NCBI GenBank assembly: GCA_002378195.1
Contig: DFRJ01000003.1
Span: 32,879-96,878 of the forward strand
Length of the DNA: 64,000 nucleotides
Source: Patescibacteria group bacterium UBA3466
GTDB taxonomy: Bacteria; Patescibacteriota; Minisyncoccia; Phycocordibacterales; UBA918
Reading direction: 5' to 3'
Shown: positions 50,766-59,544 of the stretch, piece after piece
Layout: every line of letters starts with the position of its first letter
Numbering within the stretch: position 1 is the first letter of the stretch
Notes under the pieces: generated by a model
Databases searched by the model: none
What the model was told of the DNA's origin: nothing
Seen by the model: the letters and a program-made list of their open reading frames with translations, nothing else
Program-made: the position numbers and the translations under genes

Positions 50766-51140
50766 TTAGCTCATCATCGAACTTCTTACTTTGTTGAGAA
50801 GTTCTTTGTTGGTGGTGTGAGCTTTGATGATATATTCATCGCCACCTTCTTCTACCGCCTTAAATACACTTTCAGCATCGTCGCGATTGGTGAGAAATAT
50901 TACAGTGGCGGTTTTGCCCCAGTTGTCTAGGCGTAGTTTTTGTACTGCCTCGTGACCAGAGATGTCAGGCAACATTACATCCATCAAAATGACGTCGGGC
51001 TTGTGTTCAAGGGCAAGCGCAACTCCTTCTTGGCCGGAAGTGGCCGTGATAGTTTCTATGCCAGCTCCTTCTATTACCGTAGCGTACATTTCACGCAACG
51101 CTTCCTCATCCTCAACTATAAGTATTTTTCGATCGGTCAT
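50766..51140 (-). CDS. Single-domain response regulator
   Basis: ILIVEDE, PDVILMDVMLPDISG, FLTN, YIIK. Confidence 0.92.
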   Translation of the reverse strand: MTDRKILIVEDEEALREMYATVIEGAGIETITATSGQEGVALALEHKPDVILMDVMLPDISGHEAVQKLRLDNWGKTATVIFLTNRDDAESVFKAVEEGGDEYIIKAHTTNKELLNKVRSSMMS

Positions 51141-51670
51141 ATAAAAATCATAGCACAAAACAAAACAGGCTCACTGGGAGCCTGTAAGTCGGAGAAAAAT
51201 TCGTTCTCTTTAAGGTGAGACCGGCTTAAGCCGGTCTGAAGTACTTAGAAAAAGTTGACGCGTGTCGCTCGCTCCAAGTAAGGGCTATCTGATTTCTGCT
51301 GGGGTGCAGGGTGTGATTTTCGTAGCAACATTCAATGAAGTTGTGAGAGAAACACATCAGCAATACCTGAAGGTAGTTGTAGAGACCGTATGGTAGCGGA
51401 ATCTGATGAACGATATTTGTCTGTTTAAGAACGGGTTGAGTGTGCATAACCATGACCTCCTATACGCTGTACACTCGTAATACTAATATAGCTTTGTTTG
51501 GTATGGCTGAAAAGCATAACCTGTGAATAGTCCACATAATACTAAGGCAAAAATCACGCGTTTTTTACAGCTAAATGCATATGTTTTCAACAGGTTTTCC
51601 ACAGTTTTTCTGGTTAGTTTGGTCTAAAAATGGCTGTTAGAATGCACTCGAACAGTTAATTAAATTTGTT

Positions 51671-52030
51671 ATGACTACAAAAGAAGTGGCTGAACGCTTT
51701 GTGGAGTTGAATCGAGTCAATCCAGAAGGTAGCTCGCAAGTGTATGAAGAGTTGTATAGTCCAGAGATAGTTAGTATTGAAAACTGGGGTGACCGTGAAG
51801 AGTATCAGGGCATGGAGGCTCTGATGGAAAAGGGGAAGCAGTGGGAGTCGATGCTGGAAGAGATGCATGACTACAAGATTAGCGATCCGTTGGTGGCTGA
51901 TAAGAGCTTTGCTGTGACACACTATATGGACGTTACTATGAAAGAAGGTGGGAGGATGCAAATGACTGAACTTGGCACCTACTGGGTTAATGATGAGGGG
52001 AAGATCGTGAGGGAAGAGTATTGTGCGTAA
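51671..52030 (+). CDS. SnoaL-like (NTF2 fold) protein
   Basis: EELYSPEIVSIE, E.G.Y.V..GKIVRE. Confidence 0.85.
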   Translation: MTTKEVAERFVELNRVNPEGSSQVYEELYSPEIVSIENWGDREEYQGMEALMEKGKQWESMLEEMHDYKISDPLVADKSFAVTHYMDVTMKEGGRMQMTELGTYWVNDEGKIVREEYCA

Positions 52031-52150
52031 ATTAAAAGGCCGCGAGCTTCGCTCGCGGCCTTTTGCTTGCTTCACGAAATAAAGCGCAAATACAGTAGTA
52101 CTATTTAGTGAAGTCGTGCATTATAAAAAAGTAAAAGCATTAACTTAAAT

Positions 52151-52648
52151 ATGAATGAGACCAGTAAGACAATGGTAGTAGCTGGTGGATGCTTCTGGGG
52201 TCTTGAAGACTTACTGCGTACCCAGTCGGGAGTCCTCGATACTGAAGCTGGTTACTGTGGAGGAGAGAATGACAATCCAACTTATGAAAACCATCCGGGT
52301 CATGCGGAAGCGGTTGAAATAGAATATGATCCACAGGTGACTGACTATAAGAAGTTGCTCGACTTCTTTTTTCAGATCCATAATCCAACCACCCTCAACC
52401 AGCAAGGTAACGACCGAGGAACGTCATACCGGTCAGCGATTTTCTTTGCAAACGACGAAGAGAAGCGAGTTGCAGAAGAAATGATCTTGATTGTGAATGA
52501 GTCTGGACGCTGGGATGATCCCGTCGTCACTTCGCTCGAGCCGCTTACCAGATTCTGGCCTGCTGAAGAATATCATCAAGATTATCTGCAAAAGAACCCA
52601 CGTGGTTATACTTGCCATGCAGTTTATTTTGACTCTTATCTAGATTAA
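52151..52648 (+). CDS. msrA: Peptide-methionine (S)-S-oxide reductase
   Basis: [34 protein letters not shown]. Confidence 0.96.
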   Translation: MNETSKTMVVAGGCFWGLEDLLRTQSGVLDTEAGYCGGENDNPTYENHPGHAEAVEIEYDPQVTDYKKLLDFFFQIHNPTTLNQQGNDRGTSYRSAIFFANDEEKRVAEEMILIVNESGRWDDPVVTSLEPLTRFWPAEEYHQDYLQKNPRGYTCHAVYFDSYLD

Positions 52649-52649
52649 T

Positions 52650-52684
52650 AAGAAAAGGCCGGCGCGAAGCGCCGGCCTTTTCTT
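52650..52684. terminator. Bidirectional terminator between msrA and the helicase
   Basis: aagaaaaggccggcgc-gaa-gcgccggccttttctt. Confidence 0.8.
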
Positions 52685-53948
52685 ATTGTTTTGGTACAAA
52701 GGTGAGTGCTTCTCCTTTGTTCACCCCGCGTCCAGTTCGACCAATTCGGTGTACGTAATCTTCAAACGTACTTGGTAGGTCGTAATTGATCACATGAGTT
52801 ACGTTGTCGACGTGGATACCGCGAGCAGCGACATCGGTGGCCACAAGCACTCGAGCGTTACCGCTCTTGAAGGCATTTAGAGAACGTTGTCTTTGCCCGT
52901 GCGATTTGTTGCCGTGAATTGATTCAGCTTTGACTCCGTGTTGACACAGTTCGTTAGCTAACTTTTCTACACTGTGTTTCATGGCGCCGAATATCACTAC
53001 TCTCTTCAGATTATCTTTGGCCAAGAGAGCTAGTAGAGTGTCAAACTTATGAGTGTGCTCGTAAGGCACAACATCTTGGGTGATGCTGTTGGTCACATCC
53101 TTCTTTTTAACTGAGACTGTCTCAGGATTGACCATAAAATCATTCACTAGTCTCTCAGCTTCTTTGGTCATGGTGGCAGAGAAGAAAAGCGTTTGACGAT
53201 CTTTTCGCACGTCTTCCAGGATTTTTCTCATGTCATGAATGAAGCCCATGTCGAGCATACGGTCAGCCTCGTCTAAGACTACGTTCGTAATCTTGTGAGT
53301 CTTGATTTCGCCTCGATCTATGAGGTCTAAGACACGTCCGGGGGTACCGATAATAAATTGGTTATGTCGCTTGAGAGCTCTGATTTGCGGACGAATGCTG
53401 GTACCACCAACACAGGTGGTGGCAAACATCTTGAAGTCACCCTTAAACTTACGAAATTCCTGTTCGGCTTGAATCGCTAATTCTCTCGTAGGAGCAAGGA
53501 TTAGTGTTACCTCTTGCTTATTGCTAAGAGTTTTTTGAATAAGGGGAAGTAGGAAGGCTGCAGTCTTACCAGAACCAGTTTCAGCCAGACCAATCACGTC
53601 TTTACCTTTAGCGATAAGAGGAATGATTTGGTCTTGAATAGGGGAAGGGGTCTCAATACCCTGACTGGTCACCGCTTTAACGATTTTGGGATGAAAACCA
53701 AAGTCATTAAAAGTATTTTTGGCCACATACTCTACCTCTTCCACTTCAACCGGATTCTTGTTTATGAATTGTGATGGGTTGAAAGTCGGTTGCTTTCGGC
53801 CACCACCACTTCGTCCTCTACTATTTCGCTGGCGGTGTGAAAAACTGCGACCTGGTCGCTTACGATTAAAAGAATTATTGGCTGGTCCTCTAGAACCAGA
53901 ATAGTTTCGACGTCGTCTTTGCGGACGTCTTGAAGTTTCCGTTGTCAT
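52683..53948 (-). CDS. DEAD-box RNA helicase
   Basis: Q motif, AETGSGKT, PTRELA, DEAD, SAT, HRIGRTGR; Arg-rich N-terminal extension. Confidence 0.95.
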   Translation of the reverse strand: MTTETSRRPQRRRRNYSGSRGPANNSFNRKRPGRSFSHRQRNSRGRSGGGRKQPTFNPSQFINKNPVEVEEVEYVAKNTFNDFGFHPKIVKAVTSQGIETPSPIQDQIIPLIAKGKDVIGLAETGSGKTAAFLLPLIQKTLSNKQEVTLILAPTRELAIQAEQEFRKFKGDFKMFATTCVGGTSIRPQIRALKRHNQFIIGTPGRVLDLIDRGEIKTHKITNVVLDEADRMLDMGFIHDMRKILEDVRKDRQTLFFSATMTKEAERLVNDFMVNPETVSVKKKDVTNSITQDVVPYEHTHKFDTLLALLAKDNLKRVVIFGAMKHSVEKLANELCQHGVKAESIHGNKSHGQRQRSLNAFKSGNARVLVATDVAARGIHVDNVTHVINYDLPSTFEDYVHRIGRTGRGVNKGEALTFVPKQ

Positions 53949-54129
53949 TTAGTTTTTAGTTGAGACTTGTGTCTCAGGCGTGCAGGCGGGTTATTTATAG
54001 AAGCCAATGCAGCCAGCACAAGTACAAAAGCGTTGAGATACAATAATATAAATTAGGAAAGTGTCAAGTTTTAAGTTGTTCACTGCTTAACTTAGCAGTT
54101 CCCTTAAATCACTCTTGTATACTATTTTT

Positions 54130-55521
54130 ATGACACTCAAATTACAGGCAGATTACAACCGCGCCTTTAAGGCGGCAGATATTCGAGGTATTTACCCAAC
54201 AGAAATAGATGATGAGTTAGTTTACTTTATTGGTAGAGCCTTTGTGGAGGAGTTTGGTTATAAGAGGTTGGTGGTGGCTAGAGATATGCGAATACATAGC
54301 GATGGTTTGTATGAAGCTTTTGTTAAAGGAGCAACAGACTCCGGCGCGTCAATTGTAGATGTTGGAATGGTGCATTCTCCGGCACTTTATTACGCTTCAG
54401 GCACGCTCGATCTGCCAGGAGTAATGATTACAGCGTCTCATAGTCCCAAGGATTATCATGGTCTCAAGCTGGTGCACGCTCAAGCGATTCCGCTAACCGA
54501 AAAGACCGGCTTAAATAAAATTCGCCGACGCATCGAGAGAGGGCAGTTTATTGATGCGAAAAAGCGCGGCCGGATCACCAAGAAGAACGTTCTGAAGGGT
54601 TATCAAAAGTTTGTGCTGAAGGGCTTTAAGGCCAAGCAAGTGGCTGGCATGAAAATTGCGTGCGATGCTGGTAATGGTATGGCCGGAGTACTTTTGCCTT
54701 TGCTGCAAGAAAAACTCCCAGCTAAATTTGATGTTATGTTCGGTAAGCTTGATGGGCGGTTTCCCAACCGAGATTCTGATCCCACTTTGAGTAAAAACCA
54801 ACGTCAGCTGAAGGATCGCCTGAAGAAAAAGAAATATGATTTTGGTATCTCTTTTGACGGTGACGGTGACCGAATTGCCTTTTTGGATGAAACTGGCAAG
54901 TATGTAAATAGCGCAGATATTGGAGCGTTGATTGCGGGTAGACTGTTGGCTAAAGAGCCTAAGGCTAAGCTGGGGTATACAATGCTGACTAGTCGATCTT
55001 ATGAAGAAGCAATTAAAGCTGATGGAGGTAAGCCGGTGATTATGCGGGTTGGACACGCTTTCATTAAAGACAGTATGCGAAAAAAGGATGTGATTTTTGC
55101 TTGTGAGCACTCAGGTCATTTTTACTTCAAAGATTACTTCTTTACAGATTCGGTCACTCTGACTTTATTGGCGGTAATGGAAGCTTACGCTGAGGCAAAA
55201 GCTGAGGGTAAGACCTTTGGTCAGATGGTTAAACCTTGTCAAAAGTACAAACAAACTGAGGATGTGATTGTGTTGGTTAAAGATAAAAAGTTGGCCCTAG
55301 CCAAGACCGAAAAATTTATCACCACAAAATTAAAACCAAAGAGCATCAAGAGATTTGATGGCTTAGTGGTAGATTGCGGTGACGTCTGGGGAGGGGTGAA
55401 GGTTAGTGTGACCGAATATGCGCTTAAGGTGATGTTTGAGTCGGCGAACAAAAAGTTGGCCAAGGAGACTCAGGACAAGATCGTCGCCTACATCAAAAGC
55501 ATCGCAAACGCTACCAAATAA
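54130..55521 (+). CDS. Phosphomannomutase/phosphoglucomutase
   Basis: FKAADIRG, ITASHS, FDGDGDR, EHSGH. Confidence 0.92.
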   Translation: MTLKLQADYNRAFKAADIRGIYPTEIDDELVYFIGRAFVEEFGYKRLVVARDMRIHSDGLYEAFVKGATDSGASIVDVGMVHSPALYYASGTLDLPGVMITASHSPKDYHGLKLVHAQAIPLTEKTGLNKIRRRIERGQFIDAKKRGRITKKNVLKGYQKFVLKGFKAKQVAGMKIACDAGNGMAGVLLPLLQEKLPAKFDVMFGKLDGRFPNRDSDPTLSKNQRQLKDRLKKKKYDFGISFDGDGDRIAFLDETGKYVNSADIGALIAGRLLAKEPKAKLGYTMLTSRSYEEAIKADGGKPVIMRVGHAFIKDSMRKKDVIFACEHSGHFYFKDYFFTDSVTLTLLAVMEAYAEAKAEGKTFGQMVKPCQKYKQTEDVIVLVKDKKLALAKTEKFITTKLKPKSIKRFDGLVVDCGDVWGGVKVSVTEYALKVMFESANKKLAKETQDKIVAYIKSIANATK

Positions 55522-55545
55522 ACACAAACGTGCTAGGATGCCGCT

Positions 55546-56295
55546 ATGAAAAAAGGAACCGAATACATATTTGGTAAACATGCCGCCAAAGAGGTTTTGG
55601 AAACAAGGCCGGATATTGTCGTCGAGGTAGTGTTGGCGGCGGATTTTTCGGATGAGGACATTTTGCGCTTGGTAGATCAGGCCAAAATCCCAGTCAAGGT
55701 CCTAAATCCGAAAAATCCGCCGCGCGGAATTTCTTCTAACGCCGCTCATCAGGGGGTGGTAATCGGGCTTCATCCTGACAAGCTGACTGTGCCGTATAAA
55801 GAGTTTAAAGAATCTTTGTCGGTGGGGGAACATACTGCTTTGTTGGTGTTGGGGGAAGTGCAGGATCCACATAATGTAGGAGCAGTGATTCGCTCAGCGG
55901 CTGCCTTTGGTATTAAAGGGGTGCTGATTCCACCGCATAATCAGGCACCAGTTACTGGAACCGTAGTAAAGGTTTCGGCAGGAATGGCTTTTAAGATTCC
56001 GTTGGTTACCATTCCAAATGTCAACTCAACTATTCGTGACCTGCAAGACAGTGGGTTTTGGGTGTATGGCCTGGAGGGGAAGGGTTCAACTAATTCCGTA
56101 GATGAAAAATTCACTAAGCCGTCAGTCTTTGTGCTTGGTAACGAAGGTTCAGGCTTGCGTGAAAAAACGAAAGAGGTGTGTGACGAATTAATTTCCATTC
56201 CTATTCATTCCCAGTGCGAGTCGCTGAATGCTGCGGCAGCCACCGCCATTGTGCTAGCTAGTTGGAGTGCTCAACACCAAATAGCTTTGTCTTAA
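55546..56295 (+). CDS. rlmB: 23S rRNA (Gm2251) methyltransferase, TrmH family
   Basis: HQGVV, QDPHNVGAVIRSA, LGNEGSGL, ESLNA. Confidence 0.88.
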   Translation: MKKGTEYIFGKHAAKEVLETRPDIVVEVVLAADFSDEDILRLVDQAKIPVKVLNPKNPPRGISSNAAHQGVVIGLHPDKLTVPYKEFKESLSVGEHTALLVLGEVQDPHNVGAVIRSAAAFGIKGVLIPPHNQAPVTGTVVKVSAGMAFKIPLVTIPNVNSTIRDLQDSGFWVYGLEGKGSTNSVDEKFTKPSVFVLGNEGSGLREKTKEVCDELISIPIHSQCESLNAAAATAIVLASWSAQHQIALS

Positions 56296-56370
56296 TAAGG
56301 AGGCTAGTGTAATATTCTAGTTAATGTGATTCGCTGTTACTTAATTGGCGGACTCTTTTAAATAAAACTT

Positions 56371-57165
56371 ATGAATGAGAACGAAACAAAAACCACTACG
56401 CCAGAAGTAACTGCGGTACCAGAACAAGCATCGGTGGCTGCAACTGAGGCGGTGGTTAAAAAATCTAATATTAAATTATACGTAGGGACATTTTTGATCG
56501 TTGGTGTAATTTTCTTCGGGGTACTTTACTTATTGGAAAAAGAAGGCCGGTCTTCGACTAGTATCTTCAGCTCGGTAATCGAAGCGCAAGAAGCCAAAAA
56601 GGTGGTGGCAGTAGTGAATGGAGAAGAGATTATAAACGCTGATTTACAGACCAGTGTAGATCAGTTTAGCCAGATGGCAGCTGCTCAGGGAGTAGATATC
56701 ACCAATCCTTCAGCTCAAGCAGAAATTCGTAGTCAGTCTTTGGAAGTACTAATTAATACTGAGCTATTGTTACAGGAGGCTGATAATCGTCAAATCGAGA
56801 TAGCTCAATCGGAACTTGATGCTCGACTCGATGACATCGTTGAACAAATGGGTGGCCAAGACGCGCTTGATACGAGAATGGTCGAGCTGGGTATCGATGC
56901 AGAAACTCTTCGCGTCGATATTGAAGAGGAGCTTTTGATTCAAGAGCTACTCGACCAAGTTTTTGTAGAGGCAAGTATTGAAGTGACAGAGGAAGAAATT
57001 TTGGAGGTGTACGATACGGCTGGAGGAGAAGAGGGTGGTTTGCCAGCTCTAGAGGAAGTGAGAGAACAGGTTCAGGCACAGATTATTACTTCAAAGGAAC
57101 AATCAGCCATAGATGCGTTCATTGTTGATCTAAAAGAAGGTTCAGACATTGAGATTATTGAGTAG
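56371..57165 (+). CDS. SurA N-terminal domain / PrsA-like chaperone
   Basis: TM anchor, VAVVNGEEI, LINTELLLQEA; no PPIase domain seen. Confidence 0.8.
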   Translation: MNENETKTTTPEVTAVPEQASVAATEAVVKKSNIKLYVGTFLIVGVIFFGVLYLLEKEGRSSTSIFSSVIEAQEAKKVVAVVNGEEIINADLQTSVDQFSQMAAAQGVDITNPSAQAEIRSQSLEVLINTELLLQEADNRQIEIAQSELDARLDDIVEQMGGQDALDTRMVELGIDAETLRVDIEEELLIQELLDQVFVEASIEVTEEEILEVYDTAGGEEGGLPALEEVREQVQAQIITSKEQSAIDAFIVDLKEGSDIEIIE

Positions 57166-57170
57166 GTAGT

Positions 57171-57213
57171 TTCAAAAAAGGCCGGCGCCCGGAGGGCGCC
57201 GGCCTTTTTTGAA
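57171..57213. terminator. Intrinsic terminator
   Basis: ttcaaaaaaggccggcgccc-gga-gggcgccggccttttttgaa. Confidence 0.8.
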
Positions 57214-57257
57214 TAACCCATAATTAAACCGTGTCACACTTGTTATACTTGAGGCAC

Positions 57258-58511
57258 ATGTCAAAGAAAGAAGTCGATTACGTGAAGTTACTTACATACA
57301 AACCGCAAGAACGAATGCAGATTCTGCGCGGCATGAGTTTGCCTGAGAAAAGTGCGACTTTTGAAAAGTTGTCTCCGTACGTCCAACAATCAATCTTAAA
57401 ACAACTAGCCACTCATGAGATTGTTGATATGTTGGATCATCTCGATATGCAGCAAGCACAACGCATCATCGCGCGTATTAGTAGCGGTAAACGGCGGGAC
57501 AAAATTGTGCAGCGGTTAAAAGGTGATGTAAAAGAAAAAATCGAGTACTTTTTACGTTTCCATCCTAAGGCGACGCTTTCTTTAATTAATTTTAATTATC
57601 TCTTTTTAGATAGTAATCTGACCATCAAGCAAGCGGCTGAAATTATCGGCGAACATTATGAAGAGACCGCTCGTTATCCCGAAGTGCTGGTCCATAAAAA
57701 TGGTGAACTGCTTGGCGAGGTTCAGTTATCGTCAGTGGTGCGAGAGCGTTCTACTAGTAAGTTGGCTAAGTTTGCTAAGCCGGTGCAGACCATGACTTAT
57801 CAATCCGAGGTGAACGAGATTATCGATAATCTGGTTAGTACGAATAGTAAAAAGATGGTCGTGTTGGATCATGATACTAGCGTGCTCGGCATTATTTATG
57901 CTGATTCAGCCCGGATGCTGTTTGGGCATTTACCAGCCGAATCGCTTTATGATTTTGCTGGAGTAGATGATAGTGAAAAACCGTTCGATAGTATTGGTAA
58001 AAAAGTTAAGAACCGGTATCGCTGGTTAATCTTAAACCTAGCCACGTCATTTTTGGCTGGTTCAGTAGTGCTGGCTTTTCAAGACACGCTTGATGTTTTG
58101 ACTATTCTGGCTGTGTATATCCCGATCATTGCCGGTATGGGAGGAAATGCTGCTACCCAATCTTTTGCTATTATGATGCGAGGCCTTACTCTCGGTACCA
58201 TAACTCTGCAGACTTCTCTGCCAGCGATTCTAAAAGAGTTGGTCGCTGGCGTTATCAACGGCTTTATCATCGGTGGTATTGTTGCTCTGATTTCAGCTGT
58301 CTGGAACGGTGAACCACTATTGGGTCTAGTGGTAGGTGCCGCGTTAATTGGCGCGCACACCGTAGCAGCGATTGCTGGTACGTTCGTGCCGTTGTTTATG
58401 AAGCATATTGGAAAAGATCCGGCAGCCACTTCTACGATTTTTATTACCACCATTACTGATGTGCTTGGTTTGCTATTCTTGCTAGGTTTGTCAACGATTG
58501 TTTTACTCTAG
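57258..58511 (+). CDS. mgtE: Magnesium transporter MgtE
   Basis: N-domain, CBS pair, RYRWLILNL, GMGGNAATQ, DPA....FITTITD. Confidence 0.92.
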   Translation: MSKKEVDYVKLLTYKPQERMQILRGMSLPEKSATFEKLSPYVQQSILKQLATHEIVDMLDHLDMQQAQRIIARISSGKRRDKIVQRLKGDVKEKIEYFLRFHPKATLSLINFNYLFLDSNLTIKQAAEIIGEHYEETARYPEVLVHKNGELLGEVQLSSVVRERSTSKLAKFAKPVQTMTYQSEVNEIIDNLVSTNSKKMVVLDHDTSVLGIIYADSARMLFGHLPAESLYDFAGVDDSEKPFDSIGKKVKNRYRWLILNLATSFLAGSVVLAFQDTLDVLTILAVYIPIIAGMGGNAATQSFAIMMRGLTLGTITLQTSLPAILKELVAGVINGFIIGGIVALISAVWNGEPLLGLVVGAALIGAHTVAAIAGTFVPLFMKHIGKDPAATSTIFITTITDVLGLLFLLGLSTIVLL

Positions 58512-58532
58512 AATGTTATAATCGATACTGAT

Positions 58533-59084
58533 ATGAAAACTGCTGAAAGAGTAGTGATGGTTTTGATTGTGCTGTGCTTTATTTTTGGCATCGCCTATAT
58601 TTTTTATGCGGTTGAGCATGATCGGCAAGAGGTGCGTGATGCTGTAGCCCGTGGTGAATACGAGATACCACTCGATCGAGATGAGGATGATCTTGGCCAA
58701 GAAGCTTGGCGTGAAATTTATCCAAATACTGTTCCATTACAGATAGGGAGGACACGAGTGCGGGCTTCGGTGGCGGATGAATTATCAGAACGTATCCAAG
58801 GTTTGTCCGATACACCCTTTCTGCCCGATGATGTAGTAAAGCTGTTTGTATTCGGAGCGCTCGGCGACCACGCTATTTGGATGAAGGATATGAATTATTC
58901 TATTGATATCATGTGGGCTTCAAAGGAGGGAGACATATTACACATCATTGAAAATGTGTCGCCAGATACTTACCCGGCCTCATTTGGCTCGCCGGTCCCG
59001 TCTTGGTACGTAATAGAAGCGGCTGCCGGATTTGTTGATGCTAACGAAATCGAGGTGGGTGACAAAATTACGCTGATAGACTAG
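58533..59084 (+). CDS. DUF192 family protein
   Basis: ERIQGLS, IWMKDMNYSIDIMW, YVIEAAAG, IEVGD. Confidence 0.85.
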   Translation: MKTAERVVMVLIVLCFIFGIAYIFYAVEHDRQEVRDAVARGEYEIPLDRDEDDLGQEAWREIYPNTVPLQIGRTRVRASVADELSERIQGLSDTPFLPDDVVKLFVFGALGDHAIWMKDMNYSIDIMWASKEGDILHIIENVSPDTYPASFGSPVPSWYVIEAAAGFVDANEIEVGDKITLID

Positions 59085-59132
59085 TCAGACTATAATATAT
59101 TGCATAAAATCAATATCATTGTATAATATTTT

Positions 59133-59470
59133 CCGCACGATGATCGCCTCATTTCGATGAGGAGGAAAGTCCGGACACGCCCTTTTTATAAGGAGGACGG
59201 TAGCGGGTAACACCCGTCGAACGTAAGTTAGAGATGCGAGCAGAGACGTCGAAAGCGAAAGCGGACGAATTCCTTCGGGAATAGCCAAATAGGTAACTAT
59301 TTGGGTGAAACGGCTAAATTCTTACCTGCGTGCAAGACCGTGTCCCACTGCTCTTTATCCCAATTTGGGATAAAGAGCAGTGGGGAGAGTCGCAAGAGTT
59401 GGTCAGCAATGGCCAGCCTAGGTAAATGATCATCCAGGCTTCGGTCTGACAGAATCCGGCTTATGTGCTG
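59133..59470 (+). ncRNA. rnpB: RNase P RNA
   Basis: GATGATCGC..GAGGAAAGTCCGGAC, GGGTGAAACGGC, GCAAG, ACAGAATCCGGCTTAT; followed by terminator 59471-59495; ends approximate. Confidence 0.92.
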
Positions 59471-59544
59471 AAAAACACCCGTAAGGGTGTTTTTTGCTTG
59501 TGTTAAAATATATCTAATCTTTACAAGAGGGGTATTATTTTTTT

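Noticed and set aside
51521-51603. Replication origin
   Set aside because: Only a few degenerate boxes, no dnaA/dnaN nearby, and no switch in predominant gene orientation.
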